A DNA stretch of 24,000 nt from Candidatus Pacearchaeota archaeon (GTDB lineage: Archaea; Nanobdellota; Nanobdellia; Pacearchaeales; GW2011-AR1): positions 593,903 through 617,902 of the forward strand of contig JBAZXH010000001.1 in NCBI GenBank assembly GCA_041659945.1, written 5' to 3'. Each line of letters begins with the position of its first letter. The stretch's first letter is position 1. Below are positions 7,806-16,554 of this stretch, piece by piece. The notes beneath the pieces are model-generated. The model searched no databases and had not been told where the DNA came from. It saw only the letters and a program-made list of their open reading frames with translations. Made by a program: the position numbers and the translations under genes.

Positions 7806-8753
7806 ATGAAAACAAAAGAGGGATTAATTTTGTTTGGAATTGTTGGTTTATTTTTAATCTTATTTTTCTTACCTTTTATTTCCGCACAAGTTAATAATGA
7901 TTTTGTTGGTATTTCAGAGGTATATAACGTAAGTTGTGATGCCCATAGTACAACTTTAATGTTTGGAAATTGGGTAAATCCTGAAAGAGTGATTAAGTTA
8001 TCATTCAAGGCTAATGATTTTGGATTATGTAAAAGTTACATTAACCTTAATGAGACTAATTATTTTACAGGAATAATTGATGATGAAGGAGGTTTTCAGT
8101 ATCAGAATGTGACTTATCCTAATGGAATAATAACTGGAAATTATAAATGTCAACCTTATCTGAATCAAACATATTGGTGTGATGTAACCATGAACTTTAA
8201 TTTTGTATCTATTCCTGTTTTTCAAAATGACAATCTTGCTAACACTTTAAACGGAGCAGTGAAGTTTGTTTTAATATATAATAATAAAACAGAGGGTATA
8301 ATTTCTTCTCAAGGACATAGTGCTAATGGAGCTTTTTTGATTACGAATAATGGTGAAATAATTAACAATTACAAAAAAGAAATAGATGAATTAAAAATAA
8401 ATCAAACAAATCTTACTAATAGACTTTCAGTTTTAGAATTATGGAAAGAGACAATTAACTCATGGAGGGAATTAGCCGATAGAATACTTCTATCTGTTGG
8501 TGAACACGATATTTGGATACAACAATTAACTGAAAGAGTTGTAATATTAGAAAACAAAACAGGAATAGTTCAAAATGGTTCTTTAACAAACTACTTCAAA
8601 TATCTAAGTAATAGTGATAGAAAATCTATGGTTTGTGGTTATGCTCAAGAAAGTCATTTAACTCAAATAAATGATTTAGGATTAAGTTGTATTATAACTT
8701 ACAGACAAATTTCAACAAGAGAATATGCTACCTGCAAATGTACTGGTAAATAA
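7806..8753 (+). CDS. Secreted/membrane-anchored hypothetical with coiled-coil region
   Basis: Signal/TM MKTKEGLILFGIVGLFLILFFLPFISAQ, Asn-rich N-glycosylation-like sequons, heptad-like stalk, C-terminal Cys residues. Start corrected from 7770. Confidence 0.6.
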   Translation: MKTKEGLILFGIVGLFLILFFLPFISAQVNNDFVGISEVYNVSCDAHSTTLMFGNWVNPERVIKLSFKANDFGLCKSYINLNETNYFTGIIDDEGGFQYQNVTYPNGIITGNYKCQPYLNQTYWCDVTMNFNFVSIPVFQNDNLANTLNGAVKFVLIYNNKTEGIISSQGHSANGAFLITNNGEIINNYKKEIDELKINQTNLTNRLSVLELWKETINSWRELADRILLSVGEHDIWIQQLTERVVILENKTGIVQNGSLTNYFKYLSNSDRKSMVCGYAQESHLTQINDLGLSCIITYRQISTREYATCKCTGK

Positions 8754-8836
8754 AAATATATGTTATAAAATTTAATTTATTCTTTGGTTTTAAATAAGAT
8801 AGAAAAGATAATAAACCTAAATAAACTAAATATCCT

Positions 8837-9391
8837 ATGTTAGAACCAAAAGATAAGATATTGGGTATTATGAGTATTTTATTTGCTCTTTCTGCTATCT
8901 CTTTAGCAGTTTCTCAAAGTTTTGAAGCTAAAGCAACAAATAACCTACTTAATACTATAATACAGTTTGATACTTCAGGTTATGTCTCTGATGTAGGTAA
9001 TGTTAACAATTACTTAATGAGCCAAAATTCACTTAATACTAACTCAGAGTTAGCATTAAGAAACTATTTTTGTTCTTTTACATTAGTGTATAAAGACACA
9101 CAAAATCCTAACCAAAATTTTTTAGTTAACTTATCTGAAGAATGTATTAATCTTTCTAAGTTAGAATATTATGCTAATATGTCAAATAGCTTATTAGATA
9201 ATTCTTATTATATAAAGAATCTGTCTGCATCAATAAATCCTTTTAAGTCTTATGAAGGCGATTTAAAAGAATTTCAGAATAATCAAAGTATTGCTTTTTA
9301 CACTCAAATGGCTGGATGGGTTTTATTTATTATGGGGTTATTCCTTTTTTCTGCTTATTGGTTTATTGATAAGGTTAAACTATCTAAATAA
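8837..9391 (+). CDS. Hypothetical protein with N- and C-terminal TM helices
   Basis: 184 aa with hydrophobic segments near both termini (ILGIMSILFALSAISLAV; MAGWVLFIMGLFLFSAYWFI). Confidence 0.55.
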   Translation: MLEPKDKILGIMSILFALSAISLAVSQSFEAKATNNLLNTIIQFDTSGYVSDVGNVNNYLMSQNSLNTNSELALRNYFCSFTLVYKDTQNPNQNFLVNLSEECINLSKLEYYANMSNSLLDNSYYIKNLSASINPFKSYEGDLKEFQNNQSIAFYTQMAGWVLFIMGLFLFSAYWFIDKVKLSK

Positions 9392-9404
9392 GTTTTGTTA
9401 ATAC

Positions 9405-10214
9405 TTATTCTATTTCTTTGGCATTCAATAACCTAATAGTATCCCAAACTAAAAGCATAGTATTTATTATACAAGCTTTAGCATCATCAAAAGTTATATC
9501 AAAATCTTCTGGATGAACATTTTTTTGGATAAGGTCGTTGATATCATCAAAATACTTTAATAAATAATCTAACCTTGATTCAATTAATGACCTGCTAGTT
9601 TTACTCGCTTTGATAAAACTTAAAGTATATCTTAATTTATTTTTTGTTTGATTTCGTGCAGGAGGTTTTTCTCCTATTGGGATAAATTCAGGTTTAAAAA
9701 TATCATCCGTGAAGTCATTAATAATCTCTCTACAAGTATATGCAACTCTAGAGAAGTATTGCTCATTTACTGAATCATTTAAATCCATTATATCATTATA
9801 TAACAGGCTTAGTTTTTTTAAAGTTCTCGGCGATATGTCTATTAAATTTTGTTCTATGTACGCTTTTATTGTTTGTAATAACTTAAAGATTATTGGGTCT
9901 TCTGAAATTTCATATAGAACCCAATAGTTGTTATCTTTCTCTTTTTTTTCTTTCTCGAGTTTATCGATTCCAAAATTATTGATTTTAGTTATAAATGTTC
10001 CTCCCAAGTAAAACTGAGTGTCAATATATCCAGCGTCGCTTAATTGTTTAATATTATTTTTTACAATGTTTTCATCAACTTCTAGAAAATTGACTAAATC
10101 ATTTGCGGATACATAGCTAAAGGCATTTTGTTCATATTCTTCCCTAAGTTTTTCTAATATTTTCAATTGAATTTCACAATTCTCTTTTCTCACTAGTTCA
10201 CTTTCTTTTGTCAT
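9405..10214 (-). CDS. HTH protein with C-terminal helical HEPN/AbiTii-like domain
   Basis: N-terminal HTH (DLVNFLEVDENIVKNNIKQLSDAGYI). The C-terminal pattern YTCREIINDFTDDIF…NKLRYTLSFI…NDLIQKNVHPEDFDITFDDAKACIINTMLLVWD is reminiscent of helical domains of abortive-infection-like proteins. Confidence 0.4.
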   Translation of the reverse strand: MTKESELVRKENCEIQLKILEKLREEYEQNAFSYVSANDLVNFLEVDENIVKNNIKQLSDAGYIDTQFYLGGTFITKINNFGIDKLEKEKKEKDNNYWVLYEISEDPIIFKLLQTIKAYIEQNLIDISPRTLKKLSLLYNDIMDLNDSVNEQYFSRVAYTCREIINDFTDDIFKPEFIPIGEKPPARNQTKNKLRYTLSFIKASKTSRSLIESRLDYLLKYFDDINDLIQKNVHPEDFDITFDDAKACIINTMLLVWDTIRLLNAKEIE

Positions 10215-10263
10215 TTAATTTTTCTTTAGCTAATTTATCTATTTTGAGTTACTAATTTGGATT

Positions 10264-11064
10264 TTATCTTTGACAATGATTTATATCTCTGTAAGTATTT
10301 TCAGATTTTGGAAGATTCAATTCTTGTTTTAAGAAAGGATGAATAGGGACATACTTCATTCCACCTTTCAATTTTTCACTTTCTTTTAATTCTGATAAAA
10401 ATTTGGGTTCTAAGCTTATTGGCATAATATAAAACTTGTCTACTTGAATTTCTTCTACTACTTGATTAGATAGATTTTTGTAAATGAGGCTAATCTTTAT
10501 TTCACATCCTAAAACAGTGTTTGATTTTAATAACTGAATTAATTGTTTAAAAGCAATATTTTTTACAGGAACTGGAATTTTTTCTTTTTTATCAAATAAC
10601 CCAAAATGAATTTCATGAATAAACTTATGATTCTGATTTATTTCAAGTTCAGGGTAATTACTTTTATCATGAAATATCTCTGAAATAATTGGTTCTAAAG
10701 AATAGATTTTTTCTCCGTCTTTGATATTACATTGTTTTTTAAAATCCCAATCTCCTACACTGGATATTAACATTTTATCCCTTTCTTTTTTTACCTCAAG
10801 ATTAACTAAATAGACTTCGGTTTTTAACGCAACACCAACAGCTTTAGTTTTTCCTAAATTAATTAAATTTAATATTATTTTGTCTTCTGAATAATCTTTT
10901 GTTTGAACTTCAATTTGAGGGTCTTCTTTCCTCATTAAGTAAACTGTTTGTTTCTCTGAAATATCCTTTTGTGAATTAATTATTTTTGTTTGTCTCCAGA
11001 GAATCCAACCTTGAAATACTAAAACTAACAAAGTTCCAAGGCTTAATATAACTTCAAATAACAT
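10264..11064 (-). CDS. Single-TM membrane-anchored hypothetical protein
   Basis: MLFEVILSLGTLLVLVFQGWILWRQTKIINSQ… followed by a beta-rich-looking soluble region. Confidence 0.5.
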   Translation of the reverse strand: MLFEVILSLGTLLVLVFQGWILWRQTKIINSQKDISEKQTVYLMRKEDPQIEVQTKDYSEDKIILNLINLGKTKAVGVALKTEVYLVNLEVKKERDKMLISSVGDWDFKKQCNIKDGEKIYSLEPIISEIFHDKSNYPELEINQNHKFIHEIHFGLFDKKEKIPVPVKNIAFKQLIQLLKSNTVLGCEIKISLIYKNLSNQVVEEIQVDKFYIMPISLEPKFLSELKESEKLKGGMKYVPIHPFLKQELNLPKSENTYRDINHCQR

Positions 11065-11143
11065 GGAAAAAGGTATAGCTTGTGACTTAAATAGATTTCT
11101 TACGATAGCAAGTTATTTAAACTTTAAATTACACTACGTTTGT

Positions 11144-11830
11144 ATGGAAAATAAAAGACGTGTCCGTTTAGATATTCCTGATAACTCTTTGTATTCACAA
11201 ATGCTATTTTCAATTATTGCTGGCAATAATTATCCTCAGAAGATTGCTGAGGTTATAGGAAAAGAGCCAAGTAATGTTTCTCGTCAAGTTCAATTGCTTA
11301 AACGGAAAGGATATGTTAACTCTAAAAAGTATGGAAATAAAAATAAATTTCCCTTTGAGAAAACTATTTATGAGGTAAAATGGGAAAAGATTATTGAGTT
11401 ATTCCTTGATAGAATAAAATTTAAAATAGAGCTAAATAGAAAAGCATCAAAGAGTGCTGTATCTCCAACATTAAGTAAAGAGATAATGCCCAATATTTTA
11501 GAAATAGAGGGATTATATGGCACAAGAGATTTTGTAGATTCGATAAAGTCTAATAAGTATTTAATCAAATATTTTGAATTACTTTTTTCTGAATTGCACA
11601 AAATTGACAAAACTAGGACATTGAATGACGTCTTTGATTATATTATTGTTTTTGGTTTATTTGATTGTAAGGAGGTAATTAATGATAATAAATCTGTTAA
11701 GGACTTAGAGAGACTTAGTTTTTTAATTAACTTTGGAGCTAAGAATCCCTCTCTAAGATTATCAACAGAAATTGCAAAAAGAGAATTTAAGGCTATACTA
11801 AACAGAGGCTTTGACGCTAAATCGGAATGA
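11144..11830 (+). CDS. Winged-helix transcriptional regulator
   Basis: YPQKIAEVIGKEPSNVSRQVQLLKRKGYVNSKKYG. A TATA-like element about 25 nt upstream favours ATG 11144 over 11063. Confidence 0.65.
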   Translation: MENKRRVRLDIPDNSLYSQMLFSIIAGNNYPQKIAEVIGKEPSNVSRQVQLLKRKGYVNSKKYGNKNKFPFEKTIYEVKWEKIIELFLDRIKFKIELNRKASKSAVSPTLSKEIMPNILEIEGLYGTRDFVDSIKSNKYLIKYFELLFSELHKIDKTRTLNDVFDYIIVFGLFDCKEVINDNKSVKDLERLSFLINFGAKNPSLRLSTEIAKREFKAILNRGFDAKSE

Positions 11831-11839
11831 ATAGTATAA

Positions 11840-11912
11840 TGCCCCCGCCGGGATTCGAACCCGGGTCAAAGCCTCGAAAGGGCTTTATGCTTGGCCTCTA
11901 CACCACAGGGGC
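11840..11912 (-). tRNA. tRNA-Glu(TTC)
   Basis: Reverse strand GCCCCTG…CGGGGGC-A acceptor; anticodon arm AAGCC-CTTTCGA-GGCTT; T arm CCGGG-TTCGAAT-CCCGG. Confidence 0.95.
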
Positions 11913-12012
11913 ATTATTTTAGTTACATGACTTTCGTTTTTAAAGCTTGTTATTACCATTGGAAGTTGGTAAAAATCAAAAGACATAAAAAGGCTCTTTT
12001 CTCATTATTTGC

Positions 12013-12996
12013 ATGAAAAAAGCTCGAAGTAAGAGTGTAACAAAATCAGCTGAAACTGGTCGTATAAATGATGTTATATTCAAAGAGCTGATAAAAAGAG
12101 GACATTCTAATGAGGGGAAAACTCATGTTTGGAATATTGCAGATTCAAAATTATGGTATTTAACACCTAAGCAAGCTCAATCATTTTTGGATTTGGAAAG
12201 ATCAAAAGATTATCAAAAAGATGTTATTCAAAAGGAAGTTGATTTAATTAGAGGTAATATCAAAGAGGTTCTTATAACAGTTGGAACTGGTCCACTTAAT
12301 ATAATTGATCTTGGTTGTGGAGATGGAAAAAAGGCAGCTCTTTTTGTGGAACAGTTAAAAGGAAAGGTAAAATTAAGATATTGTCCGATTGATATTAGTG
12401 GTTACATGGTTGAAAAAGCAATTAAGACAATGAGAAATTTAAATGCTGGAGAAGTTGTCCAGTTTCAGTGGAATATTTCTGATTTTGAAAACTTGGAAAA
12501 TGTTTCTGCTCTTTTGAGACAGGAAGAATATAAGAAAAATTTTATTCTTTTACTTGGAAATACTTTAGGTAATTTTGAAATTAACGAACTTCTTTATACA
12601 GTTAGAAGTAGTATGAGGGAAGGAGATTTATTATTAATTGGAAATGGGTTGGATAATAGACATAAGGATGAATTAACAAAGTCTTATAATAATGATGCAG
12701 TAAATAATTTTCAAATAAACGTTCCATTTCAAATAGGCCTTACTGAAAAGGATATAGAATTTGGAGTTAGATTTAGAAACTCTAGAATTGAAATACTTTA
12801 TACTCTTAAAAAAGATAAAAAAATTACCTTTCAAAATAAAACTATAGAGTTTAATCGGGGAGATAAAATAATAACGGCTATTTCTTATAAGTATGATAAG
12901 TATGATTTCATGGCTTTTATGAAGATGTATTTCGAAGATGTTAAAATGTATGTTTCTCCAGATGAAATGTATGCTTTAGTTTTGTGTAAGAAGTGA
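12013..12996 (+). CDS. EgtD-like (histidine-specific family) SAM-dependent methyltransferase
   Basis: IIDLGCGDGKKAALFVEQL, CPIDISGYMVEKA, LLLGNTLGNFE, MREGDLLLIGNGLD. Confidence 0.6.
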   Translation: MKKARSKSVTKSAETGRINDVIFKELIKRGHSNEGKTHVWNIADSKLWYLTPKQAQSFLDLERSKDYQKDVIQKEVDLIRGNIKEVLITVGTGPLNIIDLGCGDGKKAALFVEQLKGKVKLRYCPIDISGYMVEKAIKTMRNLNAGEVVQFQWNISDFENLENVSALLRQEEYKKNFILLLGNTLGNFEINELLYTVRSSMREGDLLLIGNGLDNRHKDELTKSYNNDAVNNFQINVPFQIGLTEKDIEFGVRFRNSRIEILYTLKKDKKITFQNKTIEFNRGDKIITAISYKYDKYDFMAFMKMYFEDVKMYVSPDEMYALVLCKK

Positions 12997-13030
12997 ATAA
13001 AATTATATACTAGTTGATCTTTTTTTGTAT

Positions 13031-13642
13031 ATGAACTCATTTAAGGTTAATACTGCCAAAAATAAATTTAACATAAATTATGTTTATGATTATATTTCTA
13101 AGGATCAAGTAAAAACTGATAAAGTTTTGTTTGCAAAAATGTGTAAAACTGGATGTGTTAATTACAATAAAAAATATTCATGTCCTCCATTTAGTCCTGA
13201 TTTTAGTTTACTTTCAAAGGATTCTGATGGGTTGTTTGTTGTTTTGTTTGTTGTTAAGTTGGATCAAATAAAATCGACTGAATATAACAAGATTCGAATT
13301 GCAAATGTTGTTATGAAATCTAAAATAAATCGGTTAATGAGAGATTTAGAAACTAACTTTAAAACAAAATTTCTTAGCACTGGTTCATGTAATTTATGTA
13401 AACCCTGTAATTGTAAACTTAAATTATCTTGCAAACATCCTGATAAAAAAAGATATAGTCTGGAATCTGTAGGAATTGATTGTAATAATCTTTCTGAAAC
13501 TTTGTTTAATACTCAGTTTTTATGGTATAAAGAAAAAAACGCGCCTGCTTACACCAGTGTTATTTGTGGATTGTTATGCAATAAAAAAGATGTTGTTAAA
13601 TTAAGAAGTTATTTAGACAGTTATGATTTTTCTAGGCTTTAG
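13031..13642 (+). CDS. DUF2284-family predicted metal-binding protein
   Basis: CKTGCVNYNKKYSCPPFSPDF and STGSCNLCKPCNCK…CKHPDKKRYSLESVGID cysteine pattern. ATG 13031 fits the TATA-like element at 13002-13009; the ORF track starts at TTG 13025. Confidence 0.65.
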   Translation: MNSFKVNTAKNKFNINYVYDYISKDQVKTDKVLFAKMCKTGCVNYNKKYSCPPFSPDFSLLSKDSDGLFVVLFVVKLDQIKSTEYNKIRIANVVMKSKINRLMRDLETNFKTKFLSTGSCNLCKPCNCKLKLSCKHPDKKRYSLESVGIDCNNLSETLFNTQFLWYKEKNAPAYTSVICGLLCNKKDVVKLRSYLDSYDFSRL

Positions 13643-13701
13643 TTTATGTATTTGTTTACTAATCCAAAGCCTTATAAATTATCCAAAACTAACTTTTTAA
13701 T

Positions 13702-13775
13702 GAGCCCGTAGCTCAGCCCGGTAGAGCACTGCTCTGATAAGGCAGGGGTCCCAAGTTCAAATCCTGGCGGGCTCA
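13702..13775 (+). tRNA. tRNA-Ile(GAT)
   Basis: GAGCCCG…CGGGCTC-A acceptor, GCTC/GAGC D stem, CTGCT-CTGATAA-GGCAG anticodon arm. T stem has one A·C mismatch. Confidence 0.93.
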
Positions 13776-13837
13776 TATAGTAAAAATTAATAGAAAAGGT
13801 TTAAAAAGTGACCTTGGTAAAATAATTCATTATAAAA

Positions 13838-14350
13838 ATGGCAAAAGGAATGTATCATTATATTGGACAAGCATGGAAAAAACCAGATGTTAAGCTACTT
13901 AGAGAAAGGATGATTGAATGGAGAAAGGGAGATACAATTGTTGAAGTTGAAAAACCTCTAAGACTTGATAGGGCTAGAATTCTTGGATATAAAGCTAAAA
14001 AAGGTTTTTTTGTTGTTAGAGTTAGAATATTACGTGGAGGAAGGGCAAGACCTAGACCAAGAAAAGGAAGACAAGGAAAAAAGTTAAGAGTTAGAAAGAC
14101 CTTAAAAATGAATTATCAAGCAGTTGCTGAACAAAGAGCTGCAAGAAAATTCAAAAATTTGGAAGTTTTAAATTCTTATGTAATTGGTAAAGATGGAATG
14201 AATTATTTTTATGAAGTTATTTTAGTTGATCCATTTATGCCTGAAATAAAAAATGATCCAACAATGAAATGGGTTTGTAATAGAAATAATCAAAAGAGAG
14301 CATTTAGAGGTTTGACTTCTGCTGGTAAAAAGGGTAGAGGATTGAGATAA
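13838..14350 (+). CDS. rpl15e: Large ribosomal subunit protein L15e
   Basis: MAKGMYHYIGQAWKKPD…, RARILGYKAKKGFFVVRVRILRGGRARPRPRKGRQGKK, FKNLEVLNSYVIGKDG. Confidence 0.95.
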   Translation: MAKGMYHYIGQAWKKPDVKLLRERMIEWRKGDTIVEVEKPLRLDRARILGYKAKKGFFVVRVRILRGGRARPRPRKGRQGKKLRVRKTLKMNYQAVAEQRAARKFKNLEVLNSYVIGKDGMNYFYEVILVDPFMPEIKNDPTMKWVCNRNNQKRAFRGLTSAGKKGRGLR

Positions 14351-14351
14351 G

Positions 14352-14729
14352 TTAATTTCTTGAAAAGTATTTTGTAACAAAAGGAGTCACCTGAAGATTA
14401 TTTATTTCTTCTTTAGAAAACCATCTAAAATCAGAATGATCTTTACTGAGTTTAATTTTTCCACTATGTTCTGAAGTTGAGTAAATTCTATAATGAATTT
14501 GCATTTCATGTTCTATATGATCTCCTTCAATTATGAGCTGTCTGAGTTCAACTGTCAAAGATGTCTCTTCTTTTGTTTCTCTAACTGCACAAACTTCTGG
14601 TTTTTCATCTTGGTTAATTTTTCCGCCTGGAAAATCCCACTGATTTGGAAAAAACTTAGAACATTTTGATCTTCTAACTAAAAGATATTTATTATTTTCT
14701 TCAATTACTGTTTTAGCTACATTAATCAT
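14352..14729 (-). CDS. NUDIX hydrolase
   Basis: Nudix box GGKINQDEKPEVCAVRETKEET. Confidence 0.9.
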   Translation of the reverse strand: MINVAKTVIEENNKYLLVRRSKCSKFFPNQWDFPGGKINQDEKPEVCAVRETKEETSLTVELRQLIIEGDHIEHEMQIHYRIYSTSEHSGKIKLSKDHSDFRWFSKEEINNLQVTPFVTKYFSRN

Positions 14730-14779
14730 TTTTTATTTAAATCGGTTAAACTTAAATATCTTATTATATTATAAGATTA

Positions 14780-16471
14780 ATGAGATATTCTGAATTGTGT
14801 GAGGTTTATGAACGAATAGGTGGCACAACAAAAAGGCTGGAAAAGACTGATATACTTTCTCATTTCTTGAAAAAGGTTAGTGATAAAGACAAAGACATTC
14901 TTTATTTGCTCCTGGGAAATATTGAATCTTCATATGGTGAAGGTGAAATTGGTATTAGTAGTCAGACAGTGATTAAAGCTATTTCAAAAGTTTCTGGACA
15001 AAGTGAAGAACTTGTTATTAAAGAATGGAAAAAAATTGGAGATTTGGGAGAGGTTGCAGGAAAATTAATTTTAAATAAAAAACAGTCAACATTGTTTTCT
15101 AAATCTTTAGCAGTTGATGATATAGTTAAAATTTTAAAAGAGATATCAAAGTTTGAGGGAAAGGGAACTGTTGGAAAAAAAATTGATTTAATTGCTGGTC
15201 TTTTGTCGAATTCAAGTTCTATTGAAGCTAAATATATAGTTAGAACTTTGATGGCTGATTTAAGAATTGGGATTAAAGAAAGTACAATAAGAGATGCGAT
15301 AGCTCTTGCCTTTTTTAGTGAGAATTCTAAGGAAGCAGCCATTGAGATACAAAATGCTCTTGATCTAAATCCGGATATTGTAATGATTTTTGAACATGCT
15401 AAAAAAGGAATTAAATCGTTGAAAAGTGTTTCTTTAGTTACTAATAGACCAATAAAAGCTATGTTGGCTCCAAAAGTTTCTTCCATTGAGGAGGGTTTTG
15501 AAGTTGTTGGAAAACCTGCAGCATTTGAATACAAGTATGACGGTTTTAGATTAATAATTAGCAGAGATGGTGATAAGGTTTCTTTATTTACAAGGAGATT
15601 AGACAATGTAACAAAACAATTTCCAGAAGTAGTTAGTTATGTTAAACAGTATATTGATGCTAAATCTTTTATTGTTGATTCAGAGATAGTTGGTTTTGAT
15701 CCTAAAACAAAAAGATATTTACCGTTTCAATCAATAAGTCAGAGAATTAAAAGAAAATATGAAATTGAGAAAATGGTTAGAGATTTTCCAGTTGAAGTAA
15801 ATGTTTTTGATTTGCTAATGATTAATGGAAAGAATTTGTTAAATGAACCCTTTCAAGAAAGAACTAAAACTCTGAGAGAAATTGTCAGGAGAGTTCCATA
15901 TAAAATAATCTGTGCTAAGCAGTTAATTACCAATGATGAAAAGAAAGCAAAGAATTTTTTTGATGAGGCTTTGAAGGAAAATCAAGAGGGCGTTATGATT
16001 AAAAATTTAAATGGAATTTACAAACCCGGTGCAAGAGTAGGCTATATGGTTAAGCTAAAACCTAATCAAAGGGATTTGGATTTGGTAATTGTTGGTGCTG
16101 AATATGGAACTGGAAAACGTGCAGGTTGGATGAGTAGTTTTATTTTAGCTTGCTATGACGAGGAAAGTGGAGATTATTTGGAAGTTGGAAAAGTTGGAAC
16201 TGGAATTAAAGAAAAATCTGAAGAGGGTGTTTCATTTGATGATTTAACTCAACTTTTAAAACCATTTATTATTGAAACAACGGGTAAGAATGTTAAACTA
16301 AAACCGAAAGTCGTTGTTTCAATTACATATCAAGAAATACAAAAATCTCCGACTTATAATTCGGGTTATGCTTTGAGATTTCCAAGAGTAACTGCTCTGC
16401 GCGACGATAGACGTGCTAGTGAGATAAATACCTTGGATGAAGTTAAGAAAGAATATCAGAACCAAAAGTAA
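14780..16471 (+). CDS. lig: ATP-dependent DNA ligase
   Basis: KYDGFRLIISRDGDKVSLFTRRLDNVTKQFPE (KxDG), EGVMIKNLNGIYKPG, MVKLKPNQRDLDLVIVGAEYGTGKRAGW. Confidence 0.95.
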   Translation: MRYSELCEVYERIGGTTKRLEKTDILSHFLKKVSDKDKDILYLLLGNIESSYGEGEIGISSQTVIKAISKVSGQSEELVIKEWKKIGDLGEVAGKLILNKKQSTLFSKSLAVDDIVKILKEISKFEGKGTVGKKIDLIAGLLSNSSSIEAKYIVRTLMADLRIGIKESTIRDAIALAFFSENSKEAAIEIQNALDLNPDIVMIFEHAKKGIKSLKSVSLVTNRPIKAMLAPKVSSIEEGFEVVGKPAAFEYKYDGFRLIISRDGDKVSLFTRRLDNVTKQFPEVVSYVKQYIDAKSFIVDSEIVGFDPKTKRYLPFQSISQRIKRKYEIEKMVRDFPVEVNVFDLLMINGKNLLNEPFQERTKTLREIVRRVPYKIICAKQLITNDEKKAKNFFDEALKENQEGVMIKNLNGIYKPGARVGYMVKLKPNQRDLDLVIVGAEYGTGKRAGWMSSFILACYDEESGDYLEVGKVGTGIKEKSEEGVSFDDLTQLLKPFIIETTGKNVKLKPKVVVSITYQEIQKSPTYNSGYALRFPRVTALRDDRRASEINTLDEVKKEYQNQK

Positions 16472-16525
16472 ATTTATTGTCGTTAATTTATATTTTTGTA
16501 ACATAATAGTTAATTTGTGAAAAGA

Positions 16526-16533
16526 TTTATAAA
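16526..16533 (+). promoter_or_regulatory. TATA box of surface-protein operon
   Basis: TTTATAAA about 25 nt upstream of ATG 16555. Confidence 0.55.
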
Positions 16534-16554
16534 GGTGTTTATTTTAGATTAGAT

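Noticed and set aside
7487-8008. 173-aa minus-strand ORF overlapping the zinc-ribbon and secreted protein genes
   Set aside because: Overlaps better supported plus-strand ORFs. Composition looks like antisense translation.
8025-8225. 66-aa minus-strand ORF
   Set aside because: Antisense within the secreted protein gene.
9709-9927. 72-aa plus-strand ORF
   Set aside because: Antisense within the HTH/helical protein gene.
11368-11610. 80-aa minus-strand ORF
   Set aside because: Antisense within the wHTH regulator gene.
14962-15606. 214-aa minus-strand ORF inside the DNA ligase
   Set aside because: Antisense to a well-supported ligase coding region, with no recognisable motifs; a by-product of the codon composition on the opposite strand.
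16319-16504. 61-aa minus-strand ORF
   Set aside because: Antisense to the ligase 3' end; no support.
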